From Octopus vulgaris (lineage: Eukaryota), in NCBI GenBank assembly GCA_951406725.2, contig OX597836.1:28396001-28460000 (forward strand): a stretch of 64,000 nt of DNA, written 5' to 3'. Positions 24,047 to 34,040 of the stretch are shown piece by piece; the stretch's first letter is position 1, and each line of letters begins with the position of its first letter. The notes under the pieces are model-generated. The model was not told the DNA's origin. It did no database searches and was given only the letters and a program-made list of their open reading frames with translations. The position numbers and the translations under genes were made by a program.

Positions 24047-26584
24047 AATCCAGGTTTAGTCACAGATCAATCAAGATAGTAATGTTTTAACAATGTGATG
24101 TATACTTGCCATCTCAATATGGCTAACCACTAAGGGTGGGTGTTACTGTGGCTTGTAGTCCCAGGAGAACATTGTCTCCAGCTGGCTTTAGACACACTTT
24201 CTGTGCCCTTAAGGTATTTGCAAAGTGAGGTCATCCTTCCCTCGTCAACCTAAGTGATACGCACGGAACAGTTTTGTGACAACATAGTGTCTCGATACAT
24301 TCTAATGAAAATGTGATAGAAAGAGATAATGCCACTCTCTCTTTGGAAGAGAAATTAATTTTGGTGTTGATAAAAAGGCAGAAAACACCGGAAGCAGTCA
24401 AGTGGAGCAGGAGACATAGCCTGCAAAATTAAGGAAAAACGTATTTAGACTTATTTATCATGAAAAAATGGCATGCCTTCACAAGTAGCCCCTACCTGAC
24501 TTTATTTTCACCCCCACCTCAATCAAGAGAAGCTGTGTGTATGTGTGAGTAAGAAAAAAATATTTCTAACAGAAAAGTATGCTATTAAAATGAATTCTCA
24601 TTTACAGCTGTAGAAACATTGCCAGATAAGACTGGAGCCTGGTGCAGCCTTCTGGCTTCCCAGATCCCCGGTCAAACCGTCTAACCCATGCTAGCATGGA
24701 GAACGGACGTTAAATGATGATGATGATGATGATGATGATGATTCATCTTTTCTGCCAGCAATGACCTTCTCAGGCTCTCCAATATTTTAAATCATAATCA
24801 GAAACAATGGGGAGCAAGGAGTGAGGTTGCCAAAAGAATTATAATTTTTCAAATTTTTTTTTTATAGCATATAAATGTATTTATGGAGAGAAAAATATTG
24901 AAAAACATCATATTTGAGAGTGAGAAAGAAATGAGGTGGGGTTGTCTTAGGATGTGCTAGAAACAACAGCCAAATCTCCCTTAAATCACTCACTTTTTCC
25001 TCTGAAAATATTAACAATTTTAAAAATATCTTTTACAAAAAAGGCTTCTCCTATGGTTTCGAAGTGCAAAAAAAAAAATAATGGCCAAAACCGGTCTGGG
25101 GGAGAATGGTGATGAAGGGGTGGAAAAAAAAAAAAGAAAATTTCGTTAAAAAGTATCCATTTTTCTGGAAGTTATGAGGCAACAAAATTGATGCTGAAAA
25201 ATGGATGTCTTTTAATGAAATTTCTGTGGTTGGGGTGTACAATGCATATTCCATCATTTTTCCATTATTCAGACAGTTGTGAGGAAAGAAAAATTGAAGG
25301 AGTCACATTGTGTAGGTATGCCCAAAAAAGTACACAGAAATACATTATAAGAATTATCGTTTACATACCGTTCAAAAATCATTGTGGATAAATTTCTGCT
25401 ATGTGTTTTAGGAAGGTCTTGTAATTCTCCCATGCTCGGTCGTACGTCATATTATAAAGGTCTCTGTACATGGCCTCGTTGACGTGTAACCATCGCATAT
25501 CTCCACTCGACGTGAATTTGTATTTCAGTCTACTCTTAATTCGGTTCCAGTAGCCCTCCACTTGATTTCCACATACACCATTCTCTGGGTCCACAGTTCC
25601 ATGTATGTATCCAAGGCTTTCTAGATTCCGGTAACTAGCCCACTGGTCTGTAAACACTATAGACCCTGGTTCTACGTTGTTGATAATGAGTGACTCCAGT
25701 GTCTCTGTCTTTCTATCTTCAACATGTTGCAGATGTCCTTTTTTCTGGGTGTTGTCGTAGAAACCAACAACCCAGTATGAATGCACCACACGCCCGGCTT
25801 CATTTTTTCTCCGAAACATTAAACTCTCATCTATTTCTACAACATGATTCGAGCCACCTAATTTTTTTTTATCTCTTAATAATTTCTGCAAACAGATTTC
25901 ACGGCAATATTCATACCACTGTATTGCTGTGACTTTACTGACATTGTTTGCTGACATGGAACTGGTTACCGGCATTTCAAAAATAAAATCGAAAATTAGA
26001 TTGAAAATTTTGTACACAGAAAGCTTACTCTTCTCCAAGAAAGTCTTGGTACGGATTGACACTGCATTCTTGCACTTGTGGCATCTCCATACCACCCCAT
26101 CTATGGCACGCTGAGAAGGCCTTATGCTCATTTCCTTTCCACAACTACATGTCTTCTGATTCGAAATGATTCCATTGTCTTTCAGATATTGTATGAAATT
26201 CTCTTCCGATAAATTTTGGGCCATTTCATATCTTGGACAATCCATCTCGAAAATCAAATTCTAAAAAAATTAGGAAAGAAAGTTCAAATAGTCAAAGAAA
26301 CAAAATCAAAGTTAAAAAATTAAGAAAAAAGTCCAAACAGTCAAAAAATTAGCAAAAAACAGTCAGAATTAGCAAAACAATTAATTACAGGCGGAAGCTG
26401 TGGAGATTGTGATAATAAAACAAATGTTTCCCTCACCACCACCAAAAATTAATTTCTCTTCCAAAGAGAGAGTGGTAATTATTTATTTCTATCACATTTT
26501 CATTAGAATGTTTTGAGACACTATGTTGTTACAAAACTGTTAAAACTTTACAAACCTGATCAACCTGTGACTAAACCTGGATCC
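24047..26584 (-). mobile_element. Merlin (IS1595/IS1016-like) DNA transposon with ~145 bp TIRs; left TIR interrupted by another repeat
   Basis: 24048-24090 plus 24268-24370 are the reverse complement of 26435-26582; right end GGATCC-type; encloses the transposase ORF. No TSD recognised. Confidence 0.8.
25379..26245 (-). CDS. Merlin/IS1595-family (ISXO2-like) DDE transposase, open ORF ~288 aa
   Basis: Zn ribbon CSC..WRCHKC; VEIDES, WVVG, TDQWASY..L and NQVEGYW motifs; first ATG at 26245 (ORF track starts at TTG 26257). Lacks the usual NHSxxFV segment. Confidence 0.88.
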   Translation of the reverse strand: MDCPRYEMAQNLSEENFIQYLKDNGIISNQKTCSCGKEMSIRPSQRAIDGVVWRCHKCKNAVSIRTKTFLEKSKLSVYKIFNLIFDFIFEMPVTSSMSANNVSKVTAIQWYEYCREICLQKLLRDKKKLGGSNHVVEIDESLMFRRKNEAGRVVHSYWVVGFYDNTQKKGHLQHVEDRKTETLESLIINNVEPGSIVFTDQWASYRNLESLGYIHGTVDPENGVCGNQVEGYWNRIKSRLKYKFTSSGDMRWLHVNEAMYRDLYNMTYDRAWENYKTFLKHIAEIYPQ

Positions 26585-27351
26585 ACTTAACCCATCTATT
26601 TGCACATAAAATATTGAGCGTTTATGAGGAAGCCTCAAGAAGTGCATTATTCAACCCGCAATGAGGCCTGACTATCTGAAGTACTTCGTTTGGTTACTTT
26701 TCTCACCATCAACCCAGCAACTTCATAAGTTTCTTTTGGAGGCTGCAAGACTATACCCAGCTTCCTGATGACACTGAAGACTGTATACCGGTTCTTGATG
26801 TCGTTCTCCGATAACTCCTTAACGGTGCATTTTTTTAATACTGTAAAACATTCAATACAGCTCTTCCTACCCCCATTAGGTTTGTTAACTTGCTTATTTG
26901 TGACCAAGAGAACTTGTAGTAATTAACTGAAAATATTAAACAAACAAGGGAGGTAGCAGATGGTCGTGAGATGTGCTAAAAACAAAAGCTAAATTACCCT
27001 TAAATTTTTTCTATGGTGAAATCATATTCAACACTGCATTTATGAATTTTTTCATCTCACCATGATAGGATCTTTTTTAAAACCTTTTTCTATTACTCAG
27101 ATGAAAAATAAATGAATTAAAAAATTTTATTTCAATCTTTTTTCGATTACACTAAAACAAAAAAATAATTTATGAATTTCTTTCCCTTAGAAAGTTCTCT
27201 TCCCACTCCCTCGGAAAAATTCTTTCCCCACAAATTTCTTTATAATCGGTCTGTTGGTGCAAATTTTTGTTCTCATATTTGTTTAATACACATTTTTTTA
27301 CACCTATTTCACTTTGTTTTTGTTTTGGTGGCTGGTTGTTAAAGTAAATAT

Positions 27352-27690
27352 TAACCCATGAATCACTATAAATAACTGAGCCAGGTATGATATATACCTG
27401 GATGAGAGGAACCAGTGTTGCTTTGTCACGCTTCTTATTTATTAGCGGCACAACAAAAAGACGCTTACTGGTTCACTCTATTCCACTAAACAACCAAACT
27501 TGGCTCAGAATTCAACCTCTTCTTTATTTCTGGCGGACAATTAAGGTCTCATCAATTTCGACCTCAATTGATTTTCTGCCAATTCATTCCACTTTTCTGT
27601 TACTTCACAACAGACCTCCAATCTACAGAAGATCTTGGACACAATTCCATCACTGTGATATGACTCCAAGAACAATGTAGAAATTCGTCT
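27352..27690 (-). pseudogene. Merlin/IS1595-type transposase remnant (catalytic region)
   Basis: EVEIDETLI...VWLFSGIE...FVVPL..KRDKATLVPLIQVYIIPGSVIYSDSW with stops. Confidence 0.8.
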
Positions 27691-27709
27691 ATAAAAAAAA
27701 AACGATTTT

Positions 27710-28927
27710 CTACAGAGGATTCAGGGTGTGGAAGCAAGGTCTAGAATTAAAGGGCCTTAGGTTTAACCTAGCAAAAACCAAAGTCTTAGTAAGTAAGTAG
27801 GTTCACAAATCACAAACACTTTCAGGTAGATGGCCCTACTCAATCTGTAGAAAAGGCAGGTAGAAACTCCATATGATGTACCCGGTGTAGGCTATGGACA
27901 CATAAAAGGTGCAGCAATATCAAAGGAAGGTTAATCAAGAAGGTAGATTTTGTGTGTGGCAGATGCACTGGGGCAATAAACACTGAAGATGTACAGAAAA
28001 CAGATTCTATCATATGCCAGGGGGAAAACCTTTGAAGTAGTTGATAGCTTCTGCTACTTAGGCGACCAAGTCTGTGTGGGGGTGGATGCTCTGAGAGTGT
28101 AGCGGCTAGAATAAAAATAGCCTGGGTAAAGTTCAGAGAGCTCCTACATCTGCTGGATGTGTAATGTCAGTGTGGATACATATGACAGAGTGTGAGTGCC
28201 CCGAGAGAAAAGTTGGACGTAAGAAGCATCAAATGCGGTGTGCAAGAGAGACAACTGCGCTGGTATGGTCATGAGCTCCGTATGGATGAGGAGAGCTGTG
28301 TGAGGAAGTGCCACACCCTAACTGTGGAAGGAACCTGTAGAAGAGGTAGACCCAGGAAGACATGAGATGAGGTGGTGAAGCACGACCATCGAACGTTGGA
28401 CTTCACTGAGGCAACAGCAGGAGACCGAGACCTTTGGAGATATGCTGATATGATTGAGAAGACCTAGCAACTAAAGTGAGATCGCAGACATGGCGGATGC
28501 TAGTGTTGCATGTCAGGCCCTTGATGCGCCGGGCGATAGGATATGCTTGAGAAGACCTGTTAAGTCAAGTAAAACCAAGATCGTAGCTGTGGCCAGTGCC
28601 CCCTGACTGGCTCCCGTGCCGGTGACATGTAAAATGCACCATCTGAATGTGGTCGATGCCAGTGCCTCTTGACTGGCTCCTGTGCCGGTGGCACGTAATC
28701 GATACCAGGGCCACCTGACTGGCTTCTGTGCTGGTGGCACGTAAAAAGTACCCACTACACTCTCAGAGTGGTTGGCGTTAGAAAGGGCATCCAGCTGTAG
28801 AAACATTGCCAGATCAGATTGGAGCCTGGTGCAGCCTTCTGACTTGCTAGTCCTCAGTCAAACTGTTCAACCCATGCCAGCATGGAAAACGGACGTTAAA
28901 TGATGATGATGATGATGATGATGATGA
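27710..28927 (+). mobile_element. 5'-truncated RTE LINE: RT C-terminus, 3' UTR with tandem units, (GAT)n tail
   Basis: GLRFNLAKTKV, EVVDSFCYLG, LRWYGH, RRGRPRKT, DRDLWR motifs, running directly into the dispersed tail repeat. Confidence 0.9.
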
Positions 28928-29249
28928 ATGTGGGTATTATCAAGAAAAGGCCCTTGAAACTCCGATGCAGAAAAACGACACTGCTGCAGTTTTTTTTTTT
29001 TAGATTTAGCGACAATATGACTCCTTCTGGATCGCCAGAAATGTTGGTCCTTTCTATACACGCATTCACCCCGAAATTGTGGACATATCACAGTAGTTGG
29101 CAGAACACCAAGATTCCGGAAGAATCCAATAGATTTTTGGTCGTCCTCATGGACAAGAAAAGTAAATAAACATTAAGAGGGAGACAACTAGATTCTCGTC
29201 CTTTACTTACACGGAAATATGTCCTCAAACGTGAATCAATCTTGGAGGA

Positions 29250-29635
29250 ATCTTGGAATATCACTCAGTTAATCGAATCAGGAGCCAATATTCTTCAGTG
29301 GTTGGCACGGAGTCGACGAATATGTACACTTGCGAAAATTGTAATTCACCATGTGGCCTCACTACACGTGGTGACGCTACAGATGGGAAAATGTGAGTCT
29401 GTAAAAGGAGGAAATTACTTCGTTCTTAGAAAGAAACCATATTTTATTGTACAATATCGTTTTGATCATTTATGATCACGCGATATGTTCCATATGTGCA
29501 TGAGTGTTTCATAAACAGTCGGACTACAGTCGCAGATTGGTGTAATTTCTGCCGCGAAGTATGCGCCGTTTGACAACAAAACCCAATGGAAATCGGCGGT
29601 GTTGATGGTAACGGGTGACCACAAGTTGTGGACTA
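29250..29635 (+). pseudogene. Merlin/IS1595-type transposase remnant (N-terminal half)
   Basis: YTCENCNSPC...DGKM*VCK and TVADWCNFCREVCA...PMEIGG. Confidence 0.72.
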
Positions 29636-30240
29636 GTTATCTCCCTCTTAATTTTTATCTACTTTTTTGAAATCCCTATACTGAACACTTGCCGAATATA
29701 TTTCTTTTCTCACACAACATTTAAGATATATTTATTCTAAATCACTTTTTTGTAGACAGAAAACGGTATTTCTTCGCGAGCCCCACACACCTCACCCTAT
29801 AACTTTTGAACCAGTAATTTAAAAAATTTTTTTCAGAATCCTGTTTTCGATATCGGAGATTACGATTTAGGAAAACAATTTTTTTTCAATTTCAATATTC
29901 CAACCCCAATTTATTTGCTTTGTTTACTGTTGACAAGACGTTCTGTCACACACAAAAGAACAATTTCCAAATCCTGCTTCCTGATTGGGTGAAAATTATC
30001 AAACTTTAAACCTCTGTAACTTTTTTAAAACATTTTTCTGGAAAAAAGTGAAACAAGCAATTCAGCTTGGAAAAGTACATTATTGTGCCAAAATAAAATT
30101 TTTTCGATAAACTTTAATTTTTGAAATGCTGGTAGCCAAACCAACTTGATCCATTATAGAACCATTAGAAGTTGGTGTCGATCATACAGCGAAGTTGGTT
30201 AAAAAGGTACATAAGCACAATTTAACTTCAATATTTAATT

Positions 30241-30960
30241 ATGAACTTTATTGATATCAGCAGCTGTAATATCTGTCAATTGCTTGACTCAGCAGCAACA
30301 GTTAAATTGACAATTACGTTTTGTCAAGATATTGGACTGTTACATCATGCGAGAATTTGTTACACGTGTAACCGAAATAGGAAATTGACGAAGGGTGGTA
30401 AAAGAAAGGAAAGTTTTGAGATGGACGTATGGAAGGTCGTGTAGAAAGGAGAAAGGTTTGAGAGTCGGTACCTTCCTTGCTAATAGTAATTTGGACTTGA
30501 GAGAAATTTTAATGTTCATTTACTGCTGGGCATGTGAAGAAGCATCTCAAAGAAAATGTCAACGGGAGCTGGAATGAAATAGTGAGGCTATTTGTAATTG
30601 GAAGAATTTCCTCCGTGACATATGCGCAGAGAAATTATCAATGAATCCAATATTACTTGGGGACCTTGGACGAAAGGTTCAGATTGACGAGTCTGTACTT
30701 AAATGGAGAAAGGGGTATGTTGGCAGATTGACATGACAACTGGGCTTTTGGTGGCATTGATACAACAAGTAAAGAGTGTTTCCTTGGGGCAGTGGCAAAA
30801 AGGGATGCCAACACTCTTTTACCTGTGTTGGGCAAATACGTGAGACCAGGAACCACTGTGGTGTCAGATCTGAGGCGATAGTGAATCATCTAATTTCGTT
30901 GATCCTATGACAGGAGACCACAGTAATACAACCGAAAATCTGTGGACGAGGGCAGTTACC
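30241..30960 (+). pseudogene. Merlin/IS1595-type transposase pseudogene (near full length, frameshifted)
   Basis: CYTC..GLRVGTFLANS..NWKNFLRDIC..VQIDES..WAFGGID..KRDANTLLP..PGTTVVSD..VNH..FVDPMTGDHSNTTENLW. Confidence 0.85.
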
Positions 30961-31283
30961 CAAGTTGAATTTCGACGGGAAAACTTGCAAAAGGAAAGGG
31001 ATTTTTTTAAACACTCTATATTATTTCAATCTATTCTGCAGTCTGGGATTAATATATCCAATGATTTTAAGAGGTATGAGAAAGGTATTGTGGTTGGTAT
31101 TGGCGCAGTTTGTCTCCTATTGTATTACGCGCCAATATGCAACCCAACCAATCGCAACCTTCAGATAAGGTCCCGTGACACAGTCTTCTAAATGTTCCGT
31201 TTGAGCCTATAATTTGCTATAAAAGTTTCAGCGATTCTCTGTATTGCGTCTTTGGTTCTCACCACTGACCACAGAGCCCTCCA

Positions 31284-31350
31284 GTCGGGGTCACCACTTG
31301 TAGGACAACCAGAAGGCTGCGTGTTCGAATCACGTCAGGGTCAACACTTG
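31284..31350 (-). other. tRNA-Trp primer-binding-site-like sequence plus an adjacent longer tRNA-Trp 3'-half copy (probable LTR retroelement junction)
   Basis: GTCGGGGTCACCA (minus TGGTGACCCCGAC) and CAGAAGGCTGCGTGTTCGAATCACGTCAGGGTCAACA match the 3' end of eukaryotic tRNA-Trp(CCA); each is followed by CTTG. Confidence 0.7.
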
Positions 31351-31518
31351 TTGAACGATTGTGCGAAAGAAGAGGTGATGAATGAATGACTCCTTTAAAC
31401 ACTGCACGGTCGCCTTACAATAAAAGCCAAAATATGGATAAATGAATTCAAGTGCCAGAAAGGAAAAGAGAAGATAACACAACCGTAATATTTTAAGAGA
31501 AAGGTTTATTTAGATATT

Positions 31519-31700
31519 AGCAGAGTGTGTCCGTGTGTGCGACATAAGTACATTTATAATAAGAACAATAATAGACAGGCCGTCGTGCATACAATATGTG
31601 TATGTGTGTTAGCTGAGTGTATCTGTGTGTGCGCCATAGGTACATATATAATAACAATAATAGACAGGTCGTCAAGCATACATAATGTGTATGTGTGTAC
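31519..31700. repeat. Two-copy ~90 bp tandem duplication
   Basis: GTGTGTGCG.CATA.GTACAT.TATAATA..AACAATAATAGACAGG.CGTC repeated twice. Confidence 0.75.
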
Positions 31701-31949
31701 AAACAAGGGTGTATGCGTGTGAGATAAAATACAGAGCATAGAAAGATGTCTATAGCAGGACGCTAGATGAATGTTCAGACACAAGATAAAAATAAATATC
31801 AGTTCGTAGTAAAGTACACAATAGATTTTGGTAATTTTAGGGAATTCGTAAACCACAGACAAATTCATGCCTGTTTGATAGTAAGAAGCGGACCGTGAGA
31901 ACTTTTTTGTCTGCGAGAAAGTACGTGCCTGTTGCCTTAATTACAAGCG

Positions 31950-32490
31950 AAACCGTGCAGTCTTTGAAAAGTCTTTTATCTGTGAGGAAGCACGTGTTCT
32001 GTGTGATTATGGCAGCAAGCTCCAGTGACTTCGCTTCCATTATGGGAACATTGAAAACAGAGGGTGGTCCTGGGAAGATTTTTAAAATCGATGAAACAGT
32101 CTTCTGAAGACGTAAATACAACTGAGGAAGACTCGTACTTGAGCAGTGGGTTTTCGGAGGAATGTGTCGCGAGACCAGACAGGTTATTCTGTATGCAGTG
32201 CCATGTCGGAATCGTGACACACTGGAAGAATGCATACGTTACTCGATTCTTCCAGGAATCACAATTTTCAGCGATTTGTGGGGGACGAACTCTCACATTC
32301 TTGAAATTGATAATTATAATTTTGAGAATAGAACAGTGAACGACGGCGTTGCGTTTGGTAACTCGAAAGATGGTACACACACTCACCAAGTGGGCCTCTG
32401 TGAACAGAGGTAATAAACGACGCCGTGGCACTCACCGTTCTATGGTAGGTTCATATTTCTTTGAATTTATGTGGAGGATATGAAAATTGT
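31950..32490 (+). pseudogene. Merlin/IS1595-type transposase remnant (catalytic half)
   Basis: GGPGKIFKIDETVF*RRKYN*GR..QWVFGGMCR..RNRDTL..ILPGITIFSDLW..GTHTHQV..YFFEFMWR. Confidence 0.85.
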
Positions 32491-32984
32491 AATTTATTTG
32501 AAAAATTGATTGAATGTATTTCTAACTTTCAGTTTTAACTTTGAAAATATTTCGTATTGTGTTGCTTATTGCATGCTTAAATGTTTGGCTTTTAAGCATA
32601 TTTTGTTCACTCTTAATTTCATATATAACATATAAACATGTACATCTTTTGGAACATTGTCCTTTTATAAGATTTTGCAGGCAAATTTTTTAATTAACAT
32701 AAACATTTATTTATATGAAAGAAAATCACCGGAGAACTTCCATCTAATTCTTCCAAATCTTTCTGTTAAAAATTGTAATGTGTTTATCGCATGTAACCTG
32801 TTGTTTATCGCATTTGCATTAAATGCATATTGAATGCGTAAATGTTTGCTCGTTTCTTTTTGTCATTGGGCATTGAGGTGGTTGTATTGTGTGCTAAAAA
32901 TAACAGCTAAATAAGATTTGTTGGATAAATCTTTTAAATTAATCGGTGGATTTATTTCACTAGAATTCTCATATGTTTACAAGA

Positions 32985-33215
32985 GCTAGATAGGCATCTC
33001 CAACTAGCAGGCCATGCTACTCCAGACTTATGACGAGCAAAAACTCAGAAACTAGTCTCTGGATGCAGGCTTAGCCTAGTGGTGATGCTTATCTCCCCCT
33101 TGTAAACATAAGGACACTGGAAATGTGTCAAGGCCGACAGGAAGCGTTGCTGCTTCCTAGGGCTAAGTAGCAGTAGTGTGAGTCCCTTCATTGGACTGTC
33201 ACATTAAGTTGACAG
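32985..33215 (+). ncRNA. Structured RNA-like element with a degenerate type I hammerhead ribozyme fold (33021-33063)
   Basis: TCCAGA-CTTATGA-cGAG(CAAAAA)CTCa-GAAAC-TA-GTC-TCTGGA: perfect stem I, core CUGAUGA with one substitution, palindromic ACTAGT stem III; followed by a multi-hairpin domain. Confidence 0.6.
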
Positions 33216-33239
33216 TATACAACTATTCTATCGTACCAC

Positions 33240-33661
33240 GGATCTTTTCGGTTTGAACGGCAGATTTTTAAAATAATTTCCACGTAACTAAACACTTTTA
33301 AACTTCGTATACTGGTAGAATGTGTTTATAAAACATCTTTTTCTCTTGGCTTTATTGAGAAAATTCTATAGTTTGTAAGATATTTGTTGTTTTTCTTCAA
33401 TTTCTGCAATTTCAACCAATCAATGACGTCTATTGAGATGGAAACATTTTGTGTCGTATGAAATTGTCCCTCGTTTAAGAAACAGATTGGGTTTATTTAC
33501 ATTTGTGAAGAAAAAAAGATACCCTTCCCCCGCCCCTAATCCTAACCCTAACCCTAAAATAGATTGAAATGCAATAGATCGATACTAGGGTCATAATTAT
33601 GGGTGACAATTTCATATGACACCGCTAGAAAAAAAAACTGTTGTTCAAACCGAAAAGATCC
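33240..33661. mobile_element. 422 bp MITE, Merlin-type
   Basis: Perfect 19 bp TIRs GGATCTTTTCGGTTTGAAC and perfect 8 bp TSD CGTACCAC. Confidence 0.92.
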
Positions 33662-33995
33662 CGTACCACTACTGCATATATCTCTCTGAGATATTTAGAA
33701 ATTTAATATTTCTATTAACATAGACACTTATTTACATAAAAGAAAATTAGCGGATTGTTATGCCAAATTAAAAATTTTCGGTAAACTTTAATTTTTGAAA
33801 TGCTGGCAGCCAAACCGACTAGATCCCTTGGCGGAATTAAAACTCAGAATGTAAAGCCGGAAGACATGCTGCTAAGCATTTTGTTCGACACACTAACGGT
33901 TCTGTAAGCTCACCGTCCAATTACGCTAAGCAATCCTGCAGCTTATTCACCAGAGAAAAATAATAAAAAATATAGTTATAGTTATCTCCCCTGTA

Positions 33996-34040
33996 GTTGC
34001 TTAGGAATTTATTTTCTCGATGCCACCTGCAGAGGGCGTC
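33996..34040 (+). promoter_or_regulatory. Candidate RFX X-box and CTCF-like site upstream of HYLS1
   Basis: GTTGCTTAGGAAT at 33996-34008 (X-box-like) and TGCCACCTGCAGAGGGCGTC at 34021-34040 (CTCF-core-like on both strands). Confidence 0.4.

Noticed and set aside
26647-26907. 86 aa ORF beside the Merlin element as an accessory gene
   Set aside because: Non-ATG start, no recognisable motif, no splice support.
31310-31346. Functional tRNA-Trp gene
   Set aside because: Only the 3' half is present; no D arm, anticodon loop or 5' acceptor strand.
33533-33558. Interstitial telomere (CCCTAA)n
   Set aside because: Only 3-4 units, internal to the MITE and also present in degenerate form in its other copy.
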